This document shows positions 32,791 through 42,000 of a stretch of DNA of 64,000 bases, in pieces. A program made the position numbers and the translations under genes. Source of the stretch: Nitrosopumilaceae archaeon (GTDB lineage: Archaea > Thermoproteota > Nitrososphaeria > Nitrososphaerales > Nitrosopumilaceae); NCBI GenBank assembly GCA_965200155.1, contig CBDATR010000009.1, forward strand, positions 32,001 to 96,000. The letters run 5' to 3'. Below the pieces are notes generated by a model. The model was not told the DNA's origin. It saw nothing but the letters and a program-made list of their open reading frames with translations, and did not search any database. How positions within the stretch are numbered: position 1 is the stretch's first letter; each line of letters opens with the position of its first letter.

Positions 32791-32904
32791 AGCTACCATA
32801 CTGTAATCATTCCTCTCATTTTCTGCCATCAAGGACTCGTGGGGTGTCCAAAACGATGCATTTGCAGCTGCCATACTGTAATCATTCCTCTCATTTTCTG
32901 TCAT
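32791..32904. repeat. 35-39-bp direct duplication (1-2 mismatches) flanking a ~36-bp insert
   Basis: AGCT(A/G)CCATACTGTAATCATTCCTCTCATTTTCTG(C/T)CAT at 32791 and 32866. Confidence 0.88.
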
Positions 32905-33006
32905 GGTGACCAATGCGTTCTGTGTTATCTCGTAAGATTCATCCTGGACTAGGCTGGCCCTGTTCCCGATGCAGTGTTCCAGCGCGTCTGCCAGTGCACA
33001 CTCAAA

Positions 33007-33098
33007 GTATGAGTTCATCTGTGTCTAAATTTACGCACAACTGATCGCGACAGTTAATGTGATTTGTGCACAAGATTCCGGAAGACGTGAACTCATAC
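33007..33098 (-). mobile_element. MITE family 1, variant C, inside the REase gene
   Basis: TSD CACTCAAA. Confidence 0.95.
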
Positions 33099-33132
33099 CA
33101 CTCAAAGGCCTTGTCGTTCAGGTGCTGTCTTG

Positions 33133-33952
33133 TCATGATTCCAACCCGTTTGTTACATTATGACTGAGTATCAACAACTCCCTGGAATGCTTATTCCTGG
33201 ACATGCCATACTTCCACTGTGGGGATATGATGGCGTAATTATGGTACAGGTGGCGCACCTAGAATCGGATAAGATAGTAGACGGGCTGCCCGCAGATATG
33301 ATGGTGTAATTATGGTACAGGTGGCGCACCTCTGGTGAGTCATTGTACGATAGTATCCAATTATCATACCGTTCCAGTAATGTGGCAAGTCCCTCATGGT
33401 TAAAACCGGTTGTGGTTCTATACCCGTACAGGTTGGTCCTTATATGGGGGATCAAGATAGATGAAATCATCATTCCACATCGTTCCCATGGACTGGTTAA
33501 AATCTGCTAACTGAACGGTCATGTTGGAACAACGGAATTGTTCCAGTCTCTCTATGGATGACTCTGTGAATCGTGGATGACCCGGCGACATACCGCCTCT
33601 CATAGTACTGCCAGAGAATGAGCAACGATTTATGACAAAGAATATAGCCGCTCTGGTATATTTTGACGGGGAATGATACTGTTGTAATTGGTAGAAGCGT
33701 TCCTTCTCTAGCAGATAATACTCCCGTACTAGATTGGCCAGTCTCTTCGGGTCATGGAACAGGCACTGCCAGAATTCCACTAATGGTTCAAAGTTGTCAT
33801 AGCCGTGAATAGTGATACCATTCCGGGCGCATGAGATTTCGACTGCCCCCCATGAAAGGTGAGTGTAATATTTTGACATGATCAGGGATATATTGCATGA
33901 TTTTCTTGACACCGCGGGTCTTGCCGCCTGCGTATCTCAGGGGGGAAATCAT
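33133..33952 (-). pseudogene. Dam-like (D12 class) N6-adenine DNA methyltransferase pseudogene
   Basis: SPLRYAGGKTR, SPFMGG, FVINRCSFSG, FIYLDPPY, WILSYND; ATGA overlap with the REase start; frameshifts. Confidence 0.85.
33224..33331. repeat. 37-bp direct duplication (1 mismatch) flanking a unique 34-bp insert
   Basis: GATATGATGG(C/T)GTAATTATGGTACAGGTGGCGCACCT at 33224 and 33295. Confidence 0.92.
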
Positions 33953-34093
33953 GGCGGCCATGTCACAATCGCTCTATTTATGCGGCCGCATCAGGTCAAA
34001 AGTGATTCATACAGAGCCGGGCACGACCACTAGAACGGTTACCTTTTCTCAATCCATGTATCCTTTTTTCAACATGTACCTACTTCTTTACGG

Positions 34094-34192
34094 GTATGAG
34101 TTCACCTGTGTCTAAATTTACGCATAACTGATCGCGACAGTTAAAGAACCGGTTCTTTTGTGCATAAGATTCCGGAAGACGTGAACTCATAC
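34094..34192 (-). mobile_element. MITE family 1, variant A
   Basis: TSD CTTTACGG. Confidence 0.95.
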
Positions 34193-34230
34193 CTTTACGG
34201 CGCCTTCCAGAGTCAAAGAATGTTTCTGGT

Positions 34231-34764
34231 TCATGAGGCTGGATTCCAGAGATGCTCCGGTATGTTATCATCATGGTTGACCTTTCGGGCCAGCACGAAC
34301 AGAAAGTCAGAGAGACGGTTTGTATAGCGAATACATTCGGGGTTTATGTGCTCACTCTCTGGTATACTGGTGATGTGGGTCTCGGCGCGCCGGACTATAG
34401 CCCTAGCCAAATGTAGTGCAGAGCCGGTATGGCCGCCGCCGGGCAGTATAAAGTTGGTCAGGGCTGGCAGTGTTGCATCCATTTTATCAATCATCCTCTC
34501 CAGAGAGTCGGTCATGGATGCGGTTACCTGCATGCCAACGTTATCGGGATTTGAGAGGTCTGCGCCCAGTATGAATATGTCCTTTTGAATGGAATGGATT
34601 ATGTCACGAACGGTTTTAGTTGAGTTGCAAGCGGCAAGTCCCAGCATGGCGCTGGCCTCATCCAGTGTACCGTATGCCATAATGCGGGGGTCTGATTTTG
34701 GGACCCGTTGGCCGCCGTACAGTCCCGTGTGGCCGGAATCGCCGGTCTTTGTGTATATCTTCAT
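34231..34764 (-). CDS. Cob(I)alamin adenosyltransferase, PduO type
   Basis: MKIYTKTGDSG.T, AYGTLDE, FILPGG, AR..RRAE, NRLSDFLF. Confidence 0.93.
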   Translation of the reverse strand: MKIYTKTGDSGHTGLYGGQRVPKSDPRIMAYGTLDEASAMLGLAACNSTKTVRDIIHSIQKDIFILGADLSNPDNVGMQVTASMTDSLERMIDKMDATLPALTNFILPGGGHTGSALHLARAIVRRAETHITSIPESEHINPECIRYTNRLSDFLFVLARKVNHDDNIPEHLWNPAS

Positions 34765-34785
34765 GTTTGGAATGGTGTGGAGAGT

Positions 34786-34803
34786 GATATTAAATTTATA
34801 AGA
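34786..34803. promoter_or_regulatory. Divergent promoter region (TATA-like boxes) between adenosyltransferase and reductase
   Basis: ATATTAAATTTATAAG in a ~50-bp gap between divergent starts. Confidence 0.5.
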
Positions 34804-34815
34804 GAAAGTGAATTT

Positions 34816-36618
34816 ATGATGGTGATGAGTAAACTTGGTATAGAACAGGTTGCAGGGAAGCGTATACCGGATGTGAACTGGTCCCGAATGGAGGAAGCCA
34901 ATGATTTTGCAGAGACAGTAAAAAAATTCCGCCAGGGCCAGTATCCGGAAGACATGTTCCGCCGGTATAGATTGCAGCATGGCGCGTACGGGACGCGCAT
35001 GACATCAGACTATGCAATGATACGCATCAAGATACCCGCGGGCCAGGTATATCCCATACAGCTAAAGAGGATTGCGGAGATGAGCGAGTACTTTTCAATT
35101 GGTAGTGCTCACATATCCACTCGGGAGAGTATACAACTACACTGGGTGGTATTAGAGGATGTATCAGAAGTGTTGCGGGGGTTGTCAGAAGTAGGCCTGA
35201 CATCAAGGGAGGCCTGTGGCAATGCCATAAGGAATGTAATGTGTAGCCCTACTGCCGGGGTGTGCCCCAGGGAAGCCTTTGATGCCACTCCCTATGCCAA
35301 GGCGACTGCCAAGTTCTTTTTGAGAAACCCTATGAACCAGAATCTGCCCCGGAAATTCAAGTTCACATATTCCTGCTGCGAGGAGCACGGTATGGCAAGG
35401 ATAGTGGACGTGGGATTGATACCCCAGACCAGAATGGTGAATGGCAAGACACAGCGGGGCTTTAGAATATTTGTGGGCGGCGGCTTGGGAAACAAGTCCT
35501 ATGTGGGACACCAGCTGGAGGAGTTCACACCCCAAGAGAATGTCATATATACGGCCATGGCGGTGGTCAGGCTCTTTGACAGGATGGGGAACAGGACCAA
35601 TCTGGCACGTAACCGCCTGAGGTATTTGGTGGCACAGGTAGGATGGGAGAAGTTCCGGGACATGGTACTAAAGGAGCGGGACGTGGTACGAGCCACTCAG
35701 TCTGCCATAGTGAAACTGCCCCTGGAGGATTCGGAGCCGGAGATTAGGCGACCCATCAGGGTGACAGAGGAGAATCAGGGTCAGGAGCCCGGTTATGCAC
35801 GGTGGCTTACAACCAATACCTTTGCGCAGAAGCAGGAGTCATATTATACGGTGTTTGTTGCCATGGAGGCGGGTGATATTACCGCCACCCAGATTGTGGC
35901 ATTATCGGATATAATACAAGAGTATTCTGCCGAGGGTGTCGGCAGACTGGGCTTTGTACAGAATATGGCCCTGCGGTATGTGCACGAGAGCGACTTGCCG
36001 GAACTATATTCCAAGTTGTTACAGAATGGGTTGGCTCGGTCCGGTGCGCTGAGCATGGCCGCACCCATAGGGTGTTCCGGGACCACTTCCTGTAATCTGG
36101 CGCTGACAAACTCGCACAGATTGGCAAAGGAGATACAGCGAAAATTCCTGGAGCTTGGACTGGACCAGGATGATGACTTGCGGGAGGCCAGCATAAAGAT
36201 AAGCGGTTGCCCCAACTCGTGTGGTCAGCATGGCATAGCCACTGTAGGACTGTTTGGTGGCGGGGGCCGGTTGGGCCATGACATGTATCCCTCATATATG
36301 ATGTCCATAGGGGGCAGGGCGGATCAGGATGCCATGCTAGGACATAATATGTTAAGGGTACCGGCAAAGCGCGTCATACCGGTGATATTGGAATTGGTAG
36401 CAATGTTCCGGGAGAGCAAGAATGATAATGATGATTTAAAGACATGGATACACCGTGTCTGTATGGGTGCGGATTCTATGACGGTACAGGATATACGGAA
36501 GCGGCTCAGCACATTGACCAATCCGCCCACCATGGAGGAGGATCCTGACTTTTACGCAGACTATGGTAGTGATACGTCATATCACACCAAGACCGGTCGT
36601 GGCGAGTGCGCCGCGTAA
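34816..36618 (+). CDS. Ferredoxin-dependent sulfite/nitrite reductase (siroheme, 4Fe-4S)
   Basis: LPRKFK, CSGTTSCNLA and SGCPNSCG Cys motifs, C-terminal GRGECAA. Start at 34816 or 34825. Confidence 0.9.
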   Translation: MMVMSKLGIEQVAGKRIPDVNWSRMEEANDFAETVKKFRQGQYPEDMFRRYRLQHGAYGTRMTSDYAMIRIKIPAGQVYPIQLKRIAEMSEYFSIGSAHISTRESIQLHWVVLEDVSEVLRGLSEVGLTSREACGNAIRNVMCSPTAGVCPREAFDATPYAKATAKFFLRNPMNQNLPRKFKFTYSCCEEHGMARIVDVGLIPQTRMVNGKTQRGFRIFVGGGLGNKSYVGHQLEEFTPQENVIYTAMAVVRLFDRMGNRTNLARNRLRYLVAQVGWEKFRDMVLKERDVVRATQSAIVKLPLEDSEPEIRRPIRVTEENQGQEPGYARWLTTNTFAQKQESYYTVFVAMEAGDITATQIVALSDIIQEYSAEGVGRLGFVQNMALRYVHESDLPELYSKLLQNGLARSGALSMAAPIGCSGTTSCNLALTNSHRLAKEIQRKFLELGLDQDDDLREASIKISGCPNSCGQHGIATVGLFGGGGRLGHDMYPSYMMSIGGRADQDAMLGHNMLRVPAKRVIPVILELVAMFRESKNDNDDLKTWIHRVCMGADSMTVQDIRKRLSTLTNPPTMEEDPDFYADYGSDTSYHTKTGRGECAA

Positions 36619-36769
36619 TTGTTGTGCATAAACAGAAATTTCTACTAGCGTTTGTTATGGTACAATGGTGCAATGCTGCATGAAAGTGTAGTATGAAGAG
36701 CCTAGCAGGTCTGGCGATGATGGATGAGCATATGTAATTCGATTTCTTTAACAAGTATGGTTTGGGGTT

Positions 36770-38419
36770 ATGGCTATGGCCGTAAATGATATTATGATAC
36801 CGGTTCGGATGTTGACGCAGTATGTTTATTGTAACAGGTTGGGGTATATGGAATGGTTACAGGGTGAGTTTGAGACGTCAACAGACGTGGAACAGGGCAG
36901 ATTCGTGCACCGCAATGTGGATACCATATCCGGTACAAAGAAAATCCAGCAGGATGGGGAGATACACGCCACATCCGTTATGATATCGGATGTGAAACTT
37001 GGGCTGGTAGGAAAGCTGGACTTGCTTGAGATTGAGGGTCGCGCCGCGGTGCCAGTAGAATACAAAAAAGGCAAGGTACCCGATATCCAAGGAAATGTGT
37101 ACGATAGTACACTGGTGCAGGTTTGTGCGCAGGCACTACTCTTACGCGCAAACGGTTACAAGTGCACCGAGGGCGTGGTATATTATGTGGCGTCACGGCG
37201 CCGGGTTCGCGTGATTATAGATGACATACTGATAGCAAAGACTTTGCAGGCCATATGGGACCTAAAGGAGATGGTCAAGAAGAATATCATACCGCCACCT
37301 TTGGTGGATAGCCCAAAATGTCCGCGGTGTTCACTGGTGGGCATATGTCTTCCTGACGAGGTAAATCTGTTGTCAAACCAAAAGATAAAGGTAGACTCGG
37401 TGCGTCGTATGTATCCCATCAGGGCAGATGCAGTTCCAGTACATATACAGGAGCAGGGTGCATCTGTCTCTGTAACAGGAGATACGCTACAGGTGAAATC
37501 TACCGATGGGCAGAAACGGAAAATACGCATAATCGACGTGTTGGACTTGACTGTATATGGTAATGTTCAGATAACCACACAAGCACTACGTCGCTTGCTT
37601 GAGCGTGGCATATCCGTTTGCTATATGACATATGGAGGATGGTTCGTGGGCATGACCAACGCGGGTATGAACAGGAATATCGATTTGAGAATCCATCAGC
37701 ACAGGGTGTATGATGACAAGATTTCATCGCTAGATATATGCAAAAATATTGTTTATGGTAAGATAAGAAACTGCATGACGCTCTTGAGGCGCAACCACAA
37801 GTCTGATGCTACCAGGGTATTGGGAGAGATGTCGCAGATGGCAGATAAATCTCGGGGATGTAAAAAATACGAAACGCTCCTAGGTATAGAAGGAATGGCC
37901 GCCAGACTGTATTTTTCAAATTTTGCCGGTATGCTGAAAGACGATTCGGGGTTTGATTTTAAGCAGAGAAACCGGCGGCCGCCCAAGGATCCCGTTAATG
38001 CCATACTGTCGTTTTTGTATGCGTTGCTGGCCAGGCAAGCGACAGTTACCGTGATGGGGGTGGGGCTGGACCCATATATCGGGTATCTACATACGCCACA
38101 TCATGGCCGTCCATCACTGGCTCTGGATATGATGGAGGAGTTTCGCCCAATCATATGCGATAGTGTGTGTATTAGTATGATAAATAATTCCATGCTTGTC
38201 CCATCGGATTTTACAGATGCGGCCATGGGCGTATCGATGACGCAGAACGGACGGCGACGGGTTCTGGATGCCTTTGAAACACGCATGGACACTACCATAA
38301 AACACGAGATACTGGGTTACTCGGCAAGCTACAGACGCATACTGGAGACGCAGGTAAGGCTGCTGGCAAGGCGTGTTACAGGAGAGATACAAGCATACCC
38401 ACCTTTCAGGGTGAGGTAG
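36770..38419 (+). CDS. cas1: Cas4-Cas1 fusion (type I-G)
   Basis: Cas4: YCNR, GKLD..PVEYK, Q...Q, CPRCSL..C. Cas1: LLGIEG.AA..YF, RRPPKDPVNAILS..Y, GYLH, LALDMMEEFRP. Confidence 0.95.
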   Translation: MAMAVNDIMIPVRMLTQYVYCNRLGYMEWLQGEFETSTDVEQGRFVHRNVDTISGTKKIQQDGEIHATSVMISDVKLGLVGKLDLLEIEGRAAVPVEYKKGKVPDIQGNVYDSTLVQVCAQALLLRANGYKCTEGVVYYVASRRRVRVIIDDILIAKTLQAIWDLKEMVKKNIIPPPLVDSPKCPRCSLVGICLPDEVNLLSNQKIKVDSVRRMYPIRADAVPVHIQEQGASVSVTGDTLQVKSTDGQKRKIRIIDVLDLTVYGNVQITTQALRRLLERGISVCYMTYGGWFVGMTNAGMNRNIDLRIHQHRVYDDKISSLDICKNIVYGKIRNCMTLLRRNHKSDATRVLGEMSQMADKSRGCKKYETLLGIEGMAARLYFSNFAGMLKDDSGFDFKQRNRRPPKDPVNAILSFLYALLARQATVTVMGVGLDPYIGYLHTPHHGRPSLALDMMEEFRPIICDSVCISMINNSMLVPSDFTDAAMGVSMTQNGRRRVLDAFETRMDTTIKHEILGYSASYRRILETQVRLLARRVTGEIQAYPPFRVR

Positions 38420-38587
38420 GTTGCGAAGCCTGTATATGCCCTCCACAAACTTGGCGGCGCTACTGTGCCGGAACACCTTTCAGGGTGAGGTAGGTTGCGA
38501 AGCCTGTATATGCGACTCAGGAGATGCCCGGTATCATAATGGTGAGGTATCTTTCAGGGTGAGGTAGGTTGCGAAGCCTGTATATGC
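38403..38587. repeat. CRISPR-like mini-array at the cas1/cas2 junction: three 37-bp repeats, two unique 37-bp inserts
   Basis: CTTTCAGGGTGAGGTAGGTTGCGAAGCCTGTATATGC at 38403, 38477, 38551. Confidence 0.95.
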
Positions 38588-38844
38588 TATGTTATGATGT
38601 GCGCGATCCAAAAAGACTGAACAAAGTATACAAGATGATGAATGGGTATGGGGATCCGGTGCAGTACTCGGTGTTTTTGTGTGATTTAAGCGACACCGAA
38701 ATGGTATACATGAAGCGAGATTTGACAGAATTGCTGAATTTGAATGAAGACAGGGTAATTATTGTGAATACGGGAAAAGGTGATAAAATACAGACCATGG
38801 GCGAACCGCTAAAACACAGTCGTGAATCGGCAATCATAGTATAG
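38569..38844 (+). CDS. cas2: CRISPR-associated Cas2
   Basis: YDVRDPKRL..V..MM.GYG..VQYSVF.C.L, ED.V motifs. Confidence 0.95.
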   Translation: MRSLYMLCYDVRDPKRLNKVYKMMNGYGDPVQYSVFLCDLSDTEMVYMKRDLTELLNLNEDRVIIVNTGKGDKIQTMGEPLKHSRESAIIV

Positions 38845-39010
38845 CGAGAGGCCGGGTGCCAGGGTAGTCGTGTAGTGATAATCGCTAAATAACCATATAT
38901 AGTATGACCGTATTGTACGATTATGGCGGAGGCTGAACAAAACAAACGTAAAACATATGTAATTCTTATGAATTGGAAAGTATTGTTATGATGTTGTTAA
39001 CCTGCGCAGT
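38845..39010 (+). promoter_or_regulatory. CRISPR leader
   Basis: AT-rich non-coding region before the first repeat; the degenerate repeats are at the opposite end. Confidence 0.8.
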
Positions 39011-42000
39011 ATTTCCGCAGCCTAACGGTTGCGGCCTCATTGAAGGGATGGTTATAGCCACGAATGCGGCGGGGACGTCCACGGATTTCCGCAGCCTAAC
39101 GGTTGCGGCCTCATTGAAGGGAGAATCGACACGGCTAACGGTTGAGATACTCTAAGATGCCACGATTTCCGCAGCCTAACGGTTGCGGCCTCATTGAAGG
39201 CAGCGTATACCCGCCCGCGACCGTCTCTCTAATTAGATTTCCGCAGCCTAACGGTTGCGGCCTCATTGAAGGAGACTCCCACGACATATGTCTGTACGAA
39301 CATGCGAAGATTTCCGCAGCCTAACGGTTGCGGCCTCATTGAAGGAATATATAAGATTCAATTGAATGTATTCTGCCTAATAGATTTCCGCAGCCTAACG
39401 GTTGCGGCCTCATTGAAGGAGTCAGCTGTAAGTCCTCTAATGAGCCTGTCATATTATTTCCGCAGCCTAACGGTTGCGGCCTCATTGAAGGGCGGTGATA
39501 ATAAAATAATAGGAGAAAAGGGACAGGATTTCCGCAGCCTAACGGTTGCGGCCTCATTGAAGGCAATTACACGCCTAAATTCATTTCGGACTTCCGTTAA
39601 ATTTCCGCAGCCTAACGGTTGCGGCCTCATTGAAGGCGACATGAACATTCCAAATCGTTTTTTGACGTCGCGTAATTTCCGCAGCCTAACGGTTGCGGCC
39701 TCATTGAAGGTGAGGGTTTGATGGGACAATTAGAACCGGGCACGTATTTCCGCAGCCTAACGGTTGCGGCCTCATTGAAGGAGGCTGTCTGGTGTATTTT
39801 TTGCGTGGTTTTACGCATTTCCGCAGCCTAACGGTTGCGGCCTCATTGAAGGGCCTGCCACCACTGTAATCTCTGCCTCATGATTGTAATTTCCGCAGCC
39901 TAACGGTTGCGGCCTCATTGAAGGCCGACACACGCGTGGACGCGGCGGATGTACCTGCAATTTCCGCAGCCTAACGGTTGCGGCCTCATTGAAGGATTGT
40001 GGCCGGTGTCGATCAAGGTACGCCGGATCCACATTTCCGCAGCCTAACGGTTGCGGCCTCATTGAAGGTACGGTATACGCGTATTTTGTCACCTGATTGA
40101 CATTTGATTTCCGCAGCCTAACGGTTGCGGCCTCATTGAAGGGACGGCATCCAAGAGCAGTGCATGTACGAGCCCGAACACATTTCCGCAGCCTAACGGT
40201 TGCGGCCTCATTGAAGGGACCGTCCCACCCACATTCCGTCCATATATGGGATTGCCATTTCCGCAGCCTAACGGTTGCGGCCTCATTGAAGGACCTGTTA
40301 GAGACGAGCTGGTCCATGAGCTCAATTGCTATTTCCGCAGCCTAACGGTTGCGGCCTCATTGAAGGTGACTTGAGTGTCTCCACCCTCTGCAGATATGCC
40401 TGATTTCCGCAGCCTAACGGTTGCGGCCTCATTGAAGGTGTATCAGTGGACGGCATGATCTATGTAATCAATAAAGATTTCCGCAGCCTAACGGTTGCGG
40501 CCTCATTGAAGGTAGAGGCGGCGTTCATTTGTTTGATTCGTCGACAGGTATTTCCGCAGCCTAACGGTTGCGGCCTCATTGAAGGGATGATGACTCGGAA
40601 GAATTAACAGTCCCGGGATACTTATTTCCGCAGCCTAACGGTTGCGGCCTCATTGAAGGTGATGCCTGGTATCCATGCGCGTACGACTTTGCCAGATTTC
40701 CGCAGCCTAACGGTTGCGGCCTCATTGAAGGGGCCCAGACTCATGGATTTTGCAGAATTCACGGCATTTCCGCAGCCTAACGGTTGCGGCCTCATTGAAG
40801 GTATTCAGTGCCCACATCCCGATATTCATTCAGCGGTGATTTCCGCAGCCTAACGGTTGCGGCCTCATTGAAGGCCGCCCTCCGCATTGACGCCACTCGG
40901 TGCCGGTGGGGATTTCCGCAGCCTAACGGTTGCGGCCTCATTGAAGGGGCGATATGCGACAAAAGAAACAACGACAATAGCAGATTTCCGCAGCCTAACG
41001 GTTGCGGCCTCATTGAAGGACATGTTGCATGTTCTATAATGTGCTTAAGTGCCATAATTTCCGCAGCCTAACGGTTGCGGCCTCATTGAAGGTGCCAAAA
41101 GGCATGCCAACGTGTGCTTTGTGTGACAATATTTCCGCAGCCTAACGGTTGCGGCCTCATTGAAGGAACGAGAGGGCGGAATTCCGAGTTGCGTCTTATT
41201 AAGATTTCCGCAGCCTAACGGTTGCGGCCTCATTGAAGGGCGTCTTGGATTTTCACCGCTCCTTATACCGACTAAATTTCCGCAGCCTAACGGTTGCGGC
41301 CTCATTGAAGGCAGCATCCCACTCCAACATAACCTGACCACTCTGTGATATTTCCGCAGCCTAACGGTTGCGGCCTCATTGAAGGATTGATCTCTGATTG
41401 ATTCGCACCCTTGTCGATCAGTATTTCCGCAGCCTAACGGTTGCGGCCTCATTGAAGGCTGAAAATCGGATCTTGACTTTGCCAACGCCATATGATTTCC
41501 GCAGCCTAACGGTTGCGGCCTCATTGAAGGAGTCGTAAATCCTTTAATTCCCGGATCCGTCCTCCATATTTCCGCAGCCTAACGGTTGCGGCCTCATTGA
41601 AGGATAATGCTGGAATGTAACAAGTCGTTGGGCGTTGAAATTTCCGCAGCCTAACGGTTGCGGCCTCATTGAAGGCCCGGTATCAGGATCCTCCATATAG
41701 GGCCCAATTTCATTTCCGCAGCCTAACGGTTGCGGCCTCATTGAAGGTGACTGCTTTTATGCTGGTTTCGCCGAGCATGACTGATTTCCGCAGCCTAACG
41801 GTTGCGGCCTCATTGAAGGGCGGCCGCCTCCGCGAATCCACCTGCCGCCGCGGGCCCATTTCCGCAGCCTAACGGTTGCGGCCTCATTGAAGGGCATTAG
41901 ATACGAGTGCGAGAACAATGGCAGGCACCACATTTCCGCAGCCTAACGGTTGCGGCCTCATTGAAGGGCACCCGATCTGATATATTCACACATAATGCAA

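Larger units (their letters stand above)
32049..33136 (-). pseudogene. HaeIII-family restriction endonuclease pseudogene
   Basis: KAFE.A, GDVRDV..WEIGFSAKNNHKALKHSRLS..IDFG, GWEISFRIHN..LEPSLKFDIQL; MITE and frameshifts. Confidence 0.8.

Noticed and set aside
449-34274. Recurrent ORFs MSSRLPES..DTGELI and MEQVVLVNVICAQDSGRRELI
   Set aside because: Translations of the MITE; no independent coding evidence.
34708-34980. Extended N-termini of the reductase (34708) and adenosyltransferase (34980) in the ORF track
   Set aside because: They overlap the divergent gene; family motifs start at 34816/34825 and 34764.
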